Assembly (NCBI GenBank): GCA_977020255.1 | Contig: CDROCS010000410.1 | Coordinates: forward strand, 558,001-622,000 | Length of the DNA stretch: 64,000 bases | Reading direction: 5' to 3' | From: Obrimoposthia wandeli | Lineage: Eukaryota | In this document: positions 8,935-19,108 of the stretch, in pieces | How positions within the stretch are numbered: position 1 is the first letter of the stretch | Layout of the letters: every line of letters begins with the position of its first letter | Notes under the pieces: generated by a model | What the model saw: the letters and a program-made list of their open reading frames with translations, nothing else | What the model was told of the DNA's origin: nothing | The model's database searches: none | Position numbers and translations under genes: made by a program

Positions 8935-10398
8935 TTAATAAGCGCGTTGATAAGCCGTTTTCACTACTGTATAGAATTCTTTTGCATACTGACCTTGTTC
9001 ACGAGGGCCAAAGCTTGATTCTTTACGACCACCAAATGGCACATGGTAATCCGTACCTGCCGTTGGTAAGTTCACCATCACACAACCGGTTTGCGCTTGT
9101 TGCTTAAACAGTGCACTTGTACGTAAGCTCTGGGTGATGATGCCGCTGGTTAAACCAAAGCGGGTATCGTTAGTTGTTGCAATCGCTTCTTCTAAATCAG
9201 CCACACGAATAACACTCGCCATCGGTGCAAAAACTTCTTCTTGATTCACTGACCAATCATTTTTAGTATTAATAAACAGTGTCGGTGACATATAGAAACC
9301 TTCATGTTCTAGGTTTAAACGCTCACCACCAAATGCCAGTTCACCACCACTTTGACGTGCCGTATCAATCCAATCGAAGTTCGCATCTAGCTGCTTACCA
9401 TCAACAACCGGGCCCATAAATACACCGTCTTTAAGAGCATGACCCACTTTCAGTTCGCTCATACGTTTAATTAGCGCTTCAACGTATGCATCATGAATAC
9501 CATCCATAACAACTAGGCGAGAAGATGCTGTACATTTTTGCCCAGCGCCCGAGAATGAACCAGCAATCGTCGCTTCAACCGCAATATTAATGTCTGCATC
9601 ATCGGCAACGATTAAGGCATTTTTACTGCCCATTTCTAACTGGCAACGTACAAAGTTAGGCGCTGTAGCAGCTGCAATTTTACGGCCTGTATCAACAGAA
9701 CCGGTAAAACTAACCCCGTTCACTTCGGTTGAATTAATTAATACATTACCCACTTCCGAACCACTACCCAGTACCAGGTTAAATGTACCTGCTGGTAGGC
9801 CTTGACGATGAATAATCTCTGTTAATGCAACTGCACTTGCAGGTGTTAGATTTGCAGGCTTCCAGATAACGCTGTTACCAAAGGCTAAAGCTGGTGCAAT
9901 TTTCCATGCTGCTGTTGCAGTAGGGAAATTCCACGGCGAGATAATAGCGACAACACCTACAGCTTCACGTGTTACTTCAACTGTCACACCAGGTCGAACA
10001 GATGCAGCACTATCACCGATTTGGCGTAGCACTTCAGCAGCAAAATACTGGAAAAATTGACCCGCACGATAAATCTCGCCACGACCTTCTAGGAATGGTT
10101 TACCTTCTTCACTTGATAGTAAGCGACCTAGTTCATCACAACGTGCTATTAGCTCATCACCGATACCTTGTAGTACAGCTTGCTTTTGTTCTAGCGGCGT
10201 CTTTTCCCATGTTGGCTGTGCATGTTTTGCTGCCGAGATAGCCTGATGAACTTGCGCCGTACTCGCTTGAGCAAAGTTACCTAAATTTTGGCTGATATCA
10301 GACGGATTGATATTGGCGACAGTACTTACACCTGCTTGCCATTCGCCGCCAATATAAAGTGAGCTTTCTGCTTGAATGCGTTGTGTTTGAGTTGTCAT
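8935..10398 (-). CDS. NAD(P)+-dependent aldehyde dehydrogenase
   Basis: PWNFP, FTGS, catalytic Glu in LEMGSKN, catalytic Cys in GQKCTAS, EEVFAP, PFGGRKES. Confidence 0.96.
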   Translation of the reverse strand: MTTQTQRIQAESSLYIGGEWQAGVSTVANINPSDISQNLGNFAQASTAQVHQAISAAKHAQPTWEKTPLEQKQAVLQGIGDELIARCDELGRLLSSEEGKPFLEGRGEIYRAGQFFQYFAAEVLRQIGDSAASVRPGVTVEVTREAVGVVAIISPWNFPTATAAWKIAPALAFGNSVIWKPANLTPASAVALTEIIHRQGLPAGTFNLVLGSGSEVGNVLINSTEVNGVSFTGSVDTGRKIAAATAPNFVRCQLEMGSKNALIVADDADINIAVEATIAGSFSGAGQKCTASSRLVVMDGIHDAYVEALIKRMSELKVGHALKDGVFMGPVVDGKQLDANFDWIDTARQSGGELAFGGERLNLEHEGFYMSPTLFINTKNDWSVNQEEVFAPMASVIRVADLEEAIATTNDTRFGLTSGIITQSLRTSALFKQQAQTGCVMVNLPTAGTDYHVPFGGRKESSFGPREQGQYAKEFYTVVKTAYQRAY

Positions 10399-10566
10399 AC
10401 GACTTTCCTTGTTTCGGCGATACGTTAAGTTAGATTGAATTCGTTAAAATAAATTAGTTATAAATAGGTTCGCTATAAATAGATCATATTCGTTAGTATA
10501 GTTCGGGTTTATACCGTTAGAAATATTGGCTTTATGTTGCTTGGATTGAAGTTATAACAATGCTGA

Positions 10567-10953
10567 TTATTCACTAACCGCGGCATAGACAACAAACTCA
10601 ACTAGCATCTCTTCACGTGCGAGTCCAGCGACGACCATTGCAGCGCGATTTGGATAAGGCGCATCAAAATATTCTGCATATACCTTATTAACAGTGGCGA
10701 GATATTCGCGGTCTGTCACATAGATTAATACCTGCAGCACTGAATTAAGCGATTCACCTGCGCATTCCAGTGTGTGGACTAAATTGTCAAAGGTTTGGCG
10801 AGTTTGTGCTTCAATGCCACCAGCAACAACAGCGCCCGTTTGATCAATTGGGATCTGCGCTGTATAGAGTGTGCCATTATTTACGATAGCCCATTCAAGT
10901 GGCGCTTTAGACGCAAATAATTCAGTTTTTACCGGGTAGTGTTGAGTTGTCAT
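10567..10953 (-). CDS. RidA/YjgF family imine deaminase
   Basis: QIP, EAQTRQTFDNL, PYPNRAA (catalytic Arg present), LVEF. Start MTTQH at 10953 preferred over 10986. Confidence 0.9.
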   Translation of the reverse strand: MTTQHYPVKTELFASKAPLEWAIVNNGTLYTAQIPIDQTGAVVAGGIEAQTRQTFDNLVHTLECAGESLNSVLQVLIYVTDREYLATVNKVYAEYFDAPYPNRAAMVVAGLAREEMLVEFVVYAAVSE

Positions 10954-11042
10954 GTTTACATCCATTTTGTAACTGCTTTGTTTCAATGTTGTAAATATTG
11001 CCAGTTGACGTTTGATAAATCTAACGGTAAATTCTGTACGAT

Positions 11043-11061
11043 TGATAAGAAAAACTTATCA
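11043..11061. promoter_or_regulatory. Candidate LysR operator
   Basis: Perfect palindrome TGATAAG-AAAAA-CTTATCA containing T-N11-A (11046/11058), between the divergent ridA and lysR genes. Confidence 0.7.
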
Positions 11062-11107
11062 CTGGACAAAAGCGTGATCGCAGCATACTTTTTATGAAGC
11101 CATAATT

Positions 11108-11155
11108 TCATGACGACACTCTTTATCAAAATCATGACGATACTCTTTATCAAAA
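11108..11155 (+). repeat. 24-bp tandem duplication with 1 mismatch
   Basis: TCATGACGACACTCTTTATCAAAA followed by TCATGACGATACTCTTTATCAAAA. Confidence 0.9.
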
Positions 11156-11192
11156 AACGTTTTACCACAAAATACCTCATAGGCTATTAAAT

Positions 11193-12077
11193 ATGGATAT
11201 TAAAATACAGCAGTTACGACATTTCGTTTTAGTCGTTGAAGAAGGTGGATTCCGCGCGGCATCAAGCAGAGCCAACCGTTCCCAGGCGGCACTATCAACC
11301 TCGATCAAAGAACTTGAGCGCACCTTGGAACAACCGTTGTTTGAACCTGGTAACAAGTCAACACTCACGCCTTTCGGCCAACTCTGTTTACCAAAAGTCA
11401 GCCAATTCCTGCATATTTATAAGTCATTAGATAATGACTTACGGGCTGCAGCGGCTGGTCAACAGGGTCGTGTACGTATTGCTAGCGTACCTTCCGTAGC
11501 GGCAAAGCTCATTCCCAATGTACTAGGACGGTTTTGTCTGGAGTACCCTAATGTCGAGGTCAGCTTAATTGATGATAACGCAGCAGGCGTGGAAGCCAGA
11601 TTATTGTCAGGTGAAGTTGATTTAGCGCTGGGGAATTGTGCCAATTTAGATGCGGCAGCCATCGATTTTACGCCACTGATTGCAGATCCAATTGGCGTGG
11701 TGTGCTTAAAGGATAATCCTATAGCGAGTAATATGAACGGTATTGAATGGCGGGCATTATTGGAACAACCATTTATTAATAATGGCACCTGCACGCTGCT
11801 AGAACCAACTGCGGCAAGGGTTTTAATTGATCAGGCGCTCTACTCTGTAGAGAATATAACGTCTTTATTTGCAGTACTGAAACTGGGTATTGGCATAACC
11901 ACACTGCCTAAACTGGCCTTCCCCAGTAATGAAACTGATTTAGTGTGGTTACCCCTTATTGACCCCCTGCTAGAACGAAAAATGGGTATTTTTCGACTGG
12001 CAGAACATACTATTTCTCCTCAAGCCCAGGCTTTTTATGATTTGTGTATTAAACACCTCATCTGCTCCGATGAGTGA
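11193..12077 (+). CDS. LysR-family regulator, divergent from the catabolic operon
   Basis: N-terminal HTH (LRHF...GFRAAS..ANRSQAALSTSIKELE) and a substrate-binding domain. Confidence 0.95.
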   Translation: MDIKIQQLRHFVLVVEEGGFRAASSRANRSQAALSTSIKELERTLEQPLFEPGNKSTLTPFGQLCLPKVSQFLHIYKSLDNDLRAAAAGQQGRVRIASVPSVAAKLIPNVLGRFCLEYPNVEVSLIDDNAAGVEARLLSGEVDLALGNCANLDAAAIDFTPLIADPIGVVCLKDNPIASNMNGIEWRALLEQPFINNGTCTLLEPTAARVLIDQALYSVENITSLFAVLKLGIGITTLPKLAFPSNETDLVWLPLIDPLLERKMGIFRLAEHTISPQAQAFYDLCIKHLICSDE

Positions 12078-12158
12078 ATAGTCGATAAATCCATCGATTT
12101 ATTGCTCTAGGTGCTATTCCAGATAATACGCTAAATAATCAGAATATTATGCTAGTCA

Positions 12159-12623
12159 TTACTCAACAATTAAAACATTACCATCGACGGCAACGATGGT
12201 AACCCGTTGGCCAATATCAATAGATTCAACCGTCGCGGTTTCACTTAAGCGCGCATTCCAGTTAATACCTGAATGACGAACCTTGCCACCGTTAGTAGTC
12301 ACAGCTTCGCTGACAGGTACTTTTTGACCAATCATATCGCTACTGGTGTCAGCTACCAACTTATTACCCTGGAAATGCTTAAGCGGTTGCCATAATAATA
12401 ACGCCGCGGCGCCTGACAATAGACTCACCGATAATACTTCAAACTCCCACCCTTGGATGATGCCGGCACTTACCAGCAATCCAGAGAGCAGACAACCAAG
12501 ACCAAAAAACAGTAATGGTCCGCTTAACCCAGTCACACTCAGTTCAACAATCAAGGCAATCGCGCCAATAACATAAAGTAATTGATCATGATTGTTCTGT
12601 AAGTAGTCAATTAATGTATCCAT
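12159..12623 (-). CDS. NfeD-like (YbbJ) membrane protein
   Basis: Three N-terminal TM helices, GKVRHSGINWNA, V.IVAVDGNVLIVE OB-fold end; paired with an SPFH gene. Confidence 0.88.
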   Translation of the reverse strand: MDTLIDYLQNNHDQLLYVIGAIALIVELSVTGLSGPLLFFGLGCLLSGLLVSAGIIQGWEFEVLSVSLLSGAAALLLWQPLKHFQGNKLVADTSSDMIGQKVPVSEAVTTNGGKVRHSGINWNARLSETATVESIDIGQRVTIVAVDGNVLIVE

Positions 12624-12655
12624 TTAATAAACTCCATTGATGGACGACCAAGCCA

Positions 12656-13630
12656 CTATTCAGATAACTTTAGTGCACTTGATACTGCGATTGCTTGAGC
12701 AACCGTATTACCAATATTATCGCCCGTTTTACCATCGGTTAAAATCACTGAACCTTCAGATGCAATCGCTTTATGCGCAGCAATGGTATCTTGTGCCAGT
12801 GTTAAACGCACCGCTTGCTGACCTTCAGCAGTAATAGCGGCAGCACCAATGACATTTAGCGCGTTAGAATCTGCATCAGCAACCAAGCGAATGGCTTCGG
12901 CTTTACCCGTCGCTTCTAATATTTGTGATTCCTTACTTGCTTCAGCTGCCAGTACTTGCTCTGCTTTAGCACCTTCGGCATCTAAAACCCTTGCTTGTTT
13001 CAAACCTTCAGCTTTCGTGATTGCCGCAGTTTTAACACCTTCAGCAGTCAAGATCACCGAACGTTTTTCACGTTCTGCTGCCATTTGTTTTTCCATGTCT
13101 TCTTTAATGGAAATAGGCGGCGTAATATCTTTGATTTCGTAACGTGTTACCTGTACGCCCCAAGGTTGAGTCGCCTCTGTCATCGACGCTAAGATAGACG
13201 CATTAATGTTATCTCGGTTTTGGAAACATTGGTCAAGCTCCATTGAACCAATGGCATTACGCATGGTCGTTGTTGCTAGTTGCACTACCGCTAATTTATA
13301 GTCAGTAATGTTATTCGTCGCCGCTGCAGCATCAATCACTTTCATGAATAAAATACCGTCGAGTTCTAAAGTAATGTTGTCTTTAGTAATCGCTAATTGT
13401 GAAGAAATATCTAACGATTGTTCTTTTAAATTACGATCGGCAGCAACGCGCTGGATAAAAGGCACGATAAAATTAAGTCCAGCTTGTAATGTGCCACTGT
13501 AACGTCCGAAGGTATAAATAACGTAGCCGCGGTTTTGCGGGATGAATAATATGCTTCTTTGAATGGTAAAAATGACGGCAATAGCAATCCAAAGCCACGG
13601 GGTTAACAGTATATCAATTGCAGTATTCAT
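12656..13630 (-). CDS. qmcA: SPFH/band-7 stomatin-like protein (QmcA/paraslipin type)
   Basis: FGRYSGTLQAGLNF, ITKDN, PWGVQVTRYEIKDI, QMAAEREKR. Confidence 0.88.
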   Translation of the reverse strand: MNTAIDILLTPWLWIAIAVIFTIQRSILFIPQNRGYVIYTFGRYSGTLQAGLNFIVPFIQRVAADRNLKEQSLDISSQLAITKDNITLELDGILFMKVIDAAAATNNITDYKLAVVQLATTTMRNAIGSMELDQCFQNRDNINASILASMTEATQPWGVQVTRYEIKDITPPISIKEDMEKQMAAEREKRSVILTAEGVKTAAITKAEGLKQARVLDAEGAKAEQVLAAEASKESQILEATGKAEAIRLVADADSNALNVIGAAAITAEGQQAVRLTLAQDTIAAHKAIASEGSVILTDGKTGDNIGNTVAQAIAVSSALKLSE

Positions 13631-13958
13631 AGATGCGTTCCTTAATGATTAAAATAAAAAATACTTTTTAAGTAATGGCTTACGTCGAATTTTAATAAAT
13701 ATTTAGTACTAAACATAGAATAAATGATTACCGATGAGGAGACAGCCTTTATATTAAATTATCCTTGTTGTTCTGATGTTTACCTCAAAAGTGTGACTTA
13801 AAACCATAATATGCTTTATATTATAGGTGTAACTGCTCCGACCTTTAGTGGTATACGGTCGTTTTATTGGTTATACGATAGTTTAATATTGAGTCGTTTT
13901 GATCTGCGCAGTAGTATAGGGACTCTATTTTTCCGCACATCATTGTTTAGGAAGTATC

Positions 13959-14870
13959 ATGTCATTTGTACGAGGCTGTTTAGCGTTTGTATTTTGGTTT
14001 ATAAACTTATTGTTTTGGGTCATTCCAATCATTGTTTTAAGCCCTATAAAATTACTGCCGATTAAAAAACTACAATCAACTTGTTCTGCATTGTTAGTTT
14101 TCTGCGCCAGTAGTTGGATCCGCGGCAACGTGATAATCGAACGCCTTATACACCCCGTGAATATTCACTTTCACAGTGCTGATATCGAACTGTCTGAAAA
14201 AGAATGGTATATGGTGCTTGCTAACCATCAATCTTGGGTTGATATCTTAATATTGCAACGTGTATTAAATAAAAAGATCCCCTTCTTAAAATTCTTCTTA
14301 AAAAAAGAACTTATTTTTGTGCCTTTTTTGGGCATGGCTTGGTGGGCATTAGATTTCCCATTCATGCGTCGTTATACCAGCGCGCAGTTAAAGAAAAACC
14401 CGAAATTACGCGGCAAAGATATCGAGGTAACACGCAAAGCCTGTGCTAAATTCAAATCAAGCCCAGTAAGTGTGATGAATTTTGTCGAAGGTACGCGCTT
14501 AACCACTGCAAAGCATGAAAAACAGAACTCACCGTTTAAGCACCTATTAAAACCCAAATCAGGTGGACTCGCATTTGCACTTTCTGCATTGGGCGATCAC
14601 ATTCATAAAATCGTTGATGTCTCGATTTATTACTCAGGCCAGACACCCAGCTTTTGGCAATATCTGTGTGGTGAAGTAAAAGATGTGCATGTCCATATCC
14701 GTGTATCCGATATTGATGACAAGATGCGTGGCGATTACCAAAAAGACCGCGCGTTTAAAATTGGCTTTCAGCAACACCTGAATGATATTTGGCTAGAAAA
14801 AGACGCAATTCTAGAATCAATGGCACAAAGCGATAAGACGAACGCAGGTAACACAACACCGCAGAAGTAA
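13959..14870 (+). CDS. yihG: Acyltransferase (PlsC/YihG family)
   Basis: NHQSWVD, FFLKKEL, FPFMRR, FVEGTR, LLKPKSGG. Confidence 0.9.
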   Translation: MSFVRGCLAFVFWFINLLFWVIPIIVLSPIKLLPIKKLQSTCSALLVFCASSWIRGNVIIERLIHPVNIHFHSADIELSEKEWYMVLANHQSWVDILILQRVLNKKIPFLKFFLKKELIFVPFLGMAWWALDFPFMRRYTSAQLKKNPKLRGKDIEVTRKACAKFKSSPVSVMNFVEGTRLTTAKHEKQNSPFKHLLKPKSGGLAFALSALGDHIHKIVDVSIYYSGQTPSFWQYLCGEVKDVHVHIRVSDIDDKMRGDYQKDRAFKIGFQQHLNDIWLEKDAILESMAQSDKTNAGNTTPQK

Positions 14871-14891
14871 ATTCATATCACGTATATCACT

Positions 14892-14937
14892 AAAACCGCC
14901 TCATTTGTTTAGCAAAATAAATGAGGCGGTTTTTTTT
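14892..14937 (+). terminator. Rho-independent terminator
   Basis: AAAACCGCCTCATTT/AAATGAGGCGGTTTT followed by a T run. Confidence 0.85.
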
Positions 14938-15154
14938 CGCCTCGACTTTACCGTTAACCTTGCTGTGAACTTTATGAACTAAATACACGCAATGTGATTA
15001 ATTACCATTATTTACACTTTCCACTCCGTCACAACAATAACCGAAACATTAATTTAACATCACGCCCCATAAGCGTTAACCATAACAACCATGTAAAAGC
15101 GCTAGCCATTAACATCAAATGTTAAATTCAACTCTTCAACAATGAACACAAGGA

Positions 15155-16144
15155 ATGGAAACCATGCTAAAGCAATTTAGAAAATGTGTAACCTCATCAC
15201 TGATTGTCGCCAGTATTGCCACTTTATCATCTGCCGCTTGGGCTGCTGATTTAGAAAAAATCCACTTTATCGTACCAGGTGGTGCAGGCGGTGGTTGGGA
15301 CATGACAGCCCGCGGGACTGGCGATGTGTTAATGAAGGCCGACTTAGTTAACAAGGTGTCTTATCAAAACCTGTCTGGTGGCGGTGGCGGTAAAGCGATT
15401 GCGCACATGATTGAGACTGCGGCTCGTCAGCAAGACACTTTAATGGTTAACTCGACACCGATTGTGATCCGTTCTTTGACTGGTATTTTCCCACAGTCGT
15501 TCCGCGATCTAACACCCGTTGCAACAACGATTGCCGATTATGGCGCAATTGTCGTGGCAGCAGATTCGAAATTTGAAAATTGGTCACAAGTTGTTACCGC
15601 ATTTAAAGAAAACCCACGAAAAGTAAAAATTGCTGGCGGCTCTGCGCGCGGTAGTATGGATCACCTGATCGCAGCAGCGGCATTTAAAGGTGAAGGTTTT
15701 GATGCTCGTAAAGTACGCTACATCGCTTATGACGCTGGCGGTAAAGCAATGGCAGCGGTATTGTCAGGTGAAACACCACTCCTATCAACGGGTCTAGGTG
15801 AAGTACTGGAAATGTCTAAAAGTGGTCAAGTACGTATTCTTGCAATCACAGCACCAGAACGTCTAGCCGCAGCGCCAAATGTGCCAACGCTTACCGAGAT
15901 GGGTAACGACACTGTATTTGCTAACTGGCGCGGATTCTTTGCTTCACCGGGTATCAGTGACGCGAAAGTCGCCGAGTGGAACAAAGTATTAAGTGAGATG
16001 TATAAGACTGACCAATGGGCTACAGTACGTGACCGTAACGGTTGGATTGATAACTACAAAGCAGATAAAGACTTTTATGCATTCTTAGAACAACAAGAAG
16101 AGCAAATGGGTGCCTTGATGCGTGAGTTAGGTTTCCTAAAATAA
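15155..16144 (+). CDS. tctC: Tripartite tricarboxylate transporter substrate-binding protein
   Basis: Signal peptide; PGGAGGGWD, NLSGGGGG, GGSARGSMDHL, NWRG. Confidence 0.92.
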   Translation: METMLKQFRKCVTSSLIVASIATLSSAAWAADLEKIHFIVPGGAGGGWDMTARGTGDVLMKADLVNKVSYQNLSGGGGGKAIAHMIETAARQQDTLMVNSTPIVIRSLTGIFPQSFRDLTPVATTIADYGAIVVAADSKFENWSQVVTAFKENPRKVKIAGGSARGSMDHLIAAAAFKGEGFDARKVRYIAYDAGGKAMAAVLSGETPLLSTGLGEVLEMSKSGQVRILAITAPERLAAAPNVPTLTEMGNDTVFANWRGFFASPGISDAKVAEWNKVLSEMYKTDQWATVRDRNGWIDNYKADKDFYAFLEQQEEQMGALMRELGFLK

Positions 16145-16165
16145 ACTGACTCATCACCATGATAT

Positions 16166-16198
16166 AGCCACAGTAATAACTCACTGTGGCTTTCTTTT
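16166..16198 (+). terminator. Intercistronic hairpin after tctC (attenuator or mRNA stabiliser)
   Basis: AGCCACAGT/ACTGTGGCT followed by TTCTTTT. Confidence 0.6.
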
Positions 16199-16212
16199 AA
16201 ATCGGAGCATCC

Positions 16213-16728
16213 ATGCAATCAACACCTTTACCACGCTTAAACCGAGATCAAGTCAGTGGATTAATATTCCTCCTGGTTTGCTTAATTTACGGATATCAAG
16301 CTACCCAAATTCAGCTTTTCCCTGGTGACGAATACGAGGCCTTTACGGCACGTACTTTACCCTATTTACTTACCGCCGGTGGCATCATCATGTCACTGCT
16401 GCTTATTGTCATGTCACCCGCGACAAAGTCTAGTGCTAACGTTTGTGAGCAACAAGGTGCTTGCGAAAATACCAATGAAAACAACTTAGATTGGCGTCTA
16501 CTCGGCGCATTCGTTGCCTTAATGACAGCTTATGGGGTCGGACTCACTTGGCTTGGATTTGTATTGGCCACCAGCTTATTCTTATTAGTCGGTTTTTGGC
16601 TACTTGGCGAGCGCCGTAAAGCGGTATTGTTTGGTGCCTCTTTCCCTTTTGTAACTGTGTTTTGGTTACTACTGACCAAAGTTCTGGATATTTATCTTGA
16701 ACCTGGTTACCTCTTTTTAAGCTTGTAG
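16213..16728 (+). CDS. tctB: Tripartite tricarboxylate transporter small subunit
   Basis: Four TM helices between tctC and tctA; LGF..AT and LDIYLEPG end. Confidence 0.88.
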   Translation: MQSTPLPRLNRDQVSGLIFLLVCLIYGYQATQIQLFPGDEYEAFTARTLPYLLTAGGIIMSLLLIVMSPATKSSANVCEQQGACENTNENNLDWRLLGAFVALMTAYGVGLTWLGFVLATSLFLLVGFWLLGERRKAVLFGASFPFVTVFWLLLTKVLDIYLEPGYLFLSL

Positions 16729-16738
16729 GACGATAATT

Positions 16739-18274
16739 ATGTTAGATGGAATTTTAGCAGGCTTATCCACAGCAATCATGCCAACCAATTTAATGATGGT
16801 GATGGTCGGCTGTTTTGTTGGTACTTTTATTGGTATGTTGCCCGGTCTTGGACCGATTTCCGCGATTGCGTTAATGATCCCCATTACTTATGGTTTAGAC
16901 CCTTCTTCGGGCATGATCTTAATGGCTGGCGTTTACTATGGTGCTATTTTTGGTGGTTCAACATCATCAATCCTGATCAATGCGCCCGGTTGTTCATCCA
17001 CCGTGGTCACCGCGTTTGATGGTTATCCGTTAGCCAAGAAAGGCCAAGCTGGTAAAGCCTTAGCACTTGCTGCCTACGCCTCATTTACTGGCGGTACCTT
17101 GTCTGCGATCATGTTATTAATCGCCGCCCCTGCACTGGCCAGAGTATCATTAAGTTTTCAATCATCAGATTACTTTGCTCTGATGCTAGTTGGTCTGTCT
17201 GCCGTTGCTGCATTTGCGGGTAAAGGTCAGGTATTAAAAGCCTGGATGATGACTATTTTTGGTTTAATGTTATCTACCGTCGGTATTGATAAAGGCATTG
17301 GTGTTGAACGTTTCACCTTTGGCTTAACTGATTTGATGGATGGTTTTAGTTTCTTACTATTAGCGATGGCGACTTTTGCCCTCGGTGAAATATTATTCAG
17401 TATTTTAAAACCCGAACCAGATACCTCAGCTGAAGAAAACAGTGCCCTATCTGAAATCGGTAGCATGAAGGTCACCAAAGAAGAATTTAAAGAAGTGGCT
17501 CCCGTGGCAATACGTTCTTCTATTCTGGGTTTCTTTGTCGGGGTATTACCCGGTGCTGGCGCAACGATTGCCGCATTCCTAAGTTATGGCTTAGAGCGTA
17601 ATCTTGCGCCTAAAGATAAACGTGATGAATTTGGTAAAGGCAGTATCCGTGGTCTAGTAGCCCCTGAAGCTGCTAACAACGCTGCATCAAGTGGTTCATT
17701 TGTACCGCTATTAACCTTAGGTATTCCAGGGTCTGGTACTACAGCAATTATGCTGGGGGCGATGATCTCTTACGGTATCCAACCTGGTCCGCGTTTGTTT
17801 GTTGATAACCCAGAAATTTTCTGGTCTGTGATCATCTCAATGTACTTCGGTAACCTAGTATTGATGGTGCTGAACCTGCCGCTGATCCCGTATATTGCCA
17901 AACTGCTAGCAGTGCCAAGAACGGTATTACTGCCGATGATTATCTTCTTCTCAATCACTGGTGTGTATCTGGTTTCGTTTAATACTGTTGATGTGTTTAT
18001 CATGATCTTAGTAGCCGTGATAGCGATATTCCTCAGGCTCGCGACCTTCCCCTTAGCGCCATTATTACTAGGCTTTATTCTGGGTGGCTTGATGGAAGAA
18101 AATCTACGCCGTTCATTAATGATCAGCGATGGTGAGCTAAGTTTCTTGTGGGAACGTCCTATAACACTGACGTTCACGGTTATTTCTGCCTTAGTACTGG
18201 CGGCACCAATATTGCTAACTGCATTTAACCGTCACCGCGCAAAGAAAACTGTATTTGTAGATGATTGTGATTAA
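16739..18274 (+). CDS. tctA: Tripartite tricarboxylate transporter large subunit
   Basis: GMLPGLG, YYGAIFGGS, PEAANNA, LTLGIPGS. Confidence 0.95.
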   Translation: MLDGILAGLSTAIMPTNLMMVMVGCFVGTFIGMLPGLGPISAIALMIPITYGLDPSSGMILMAGVYYGAIFGGSTSSILINAPGCSSTVVTAFDGYPLAKKGQAGKALALAAYASFTGGTLSAIMLLIAAPALARVSLSFQSSDYFALMLVGLSAVAAFAGKGQVLKAWMMTIFGLMLSTVGIDKGIGVERFTFGLTDLMDGFSFLLLAMATFALGEILFSILKPEPDTSAEENSALSEIGSMKVTKEEFKEVAPVAIRSSILGFFVGVLPGAGATIAAFLSYGLERNLAPKDKRDEFGKGSIRGLVAPEAANNAASSGSFVPLLTLGIPGSGTTAIMLGAMISYGIQPGPRLFVDNPEIFWSVIISMYFGNLVLMVLNLPLIPYIAKLLAVPRTVLLPMIIFFSITGVYLVSFNTVDVFIMILVAVIAIFLRLATFPLAPLLLGFILGGLMEENLRRSLMISDGELSFLWERPITLTFTVISALVLAAPILLTAFNRHRAKKTVFVDDCD

Positions 18275-18326
18275 TCACGAAAACCGTCATCGTAGGTGTC
18301 ATTAAAACTATAAATAATGTGGAAAC

Positions 18327-18356
18327 AAAAACAGCGCTCAAGGCGCTGTTTTTTTT
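18327..18356. terminator. Bidirectional rho-independent terminator
   Basis: AAAAACAGCGC/GCGCTGTTTTTTTT between the convergent tctA and response-regulator genes. Confidence 0.85.
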
Positions 18357-18418
18357 ATCTCATTATTAGCAATTCACAATAATCAATAATCAATAATCAC
18401 AGTTTGCATGAACAAGCA

Positions 18419-19108
18419 TTATTTAACTTGTTTTTTATAGGTTCTTTCTGGGCGGCCTACTGTGCCATAGTTTAAATCAGCTACCAGTTCACCAGTACTA
18501 ATCAAGTGTTCCAAATAACGCCTTGCAGTGGTGCGACTCGCGCCAATCAATGCACCAGCGTTATCCGCAGTAATATCTGCATGTTCAGCAAACAAAGCAC
18601 GCACTTTATCCAAGGTCACACTATCAATACCTTTCGGTAAACGTGATGCTGCAGGGCTTTTGACGCTAACTGAAATCATGGCATCAACCATATTTTGATC
18701 AACATCATCAAGATTAACAAATTGATTTTTCTGTTTAAGGTACTTATTTAATGATTCTTCTAAACGCGCAAAAATCACCGGTTTTAAAATGTAATCAACT
18801 ACCCCACCACGCATAGCTGCTTGTAGTGTTTCCGCATCACGATCAGCAGTAATTAAGATCACGTCACAAGCATGCTGCTGTTGACGTAAATCACGTAGAA
18901 TATCCAAGCCATTACCATCAGGTAAATACACATCTAACAAGATCAAATCGGGCGTAAGCACATCCAGTAACACTTCAGCTTCAGCTTTAGTCGTCGCAAT
19001 ACCAATGACGTCCAAGCCATCAATTTTCATTAGATTGCGGCGGTGGATCTCAGCGATACCCACATCATCCTCAATGATTAATACTTTAATCGAATTAGCT
19101 GATGTCAT
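18419..19108 (-). CDS. CitB/DpiA-family response regulator
   Basis: IIEDD, LLDVYLPDGNG, SRTTARRYLE, YGTVGRPER. ATG at 19108 has an AAGGA SD (ORF track starts at 19129). Confidence 0.92.
   Translation of the reverse strand: MTSANSIKVLIIEDDVGIAEIHRRNLMKIDGLDVIGIATTKAEAEVLLDVLTPDLILLDVYLPDGNGLDILRDLRQQQHACDVILITADRDAETLQAAMRGGVVDYILKPVIFARLEESLNKYLKQKNQFVNLDDVDQNMVDAMISVSVKSPAASRLPKGIDSVTLDKVRALFAEHADITADNAGALIGASRTTARRYLEHLISTGELVADLNYGTVGRPERTYKKQVK

Noticed and set aside
3606-12077. Trigonelline (tgn) or glycine-betaine demethylation pathway
   Set aside because: No two-component flavin monooxygenase, Rieske oxygenase or sarcosine oxidase genes in the cluster.
13811-14065. 84-aa ORF overlapping the yihG start
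   Set aside because: It runs through the yihG promoter and overlaps yihG out of frame, with no motif.
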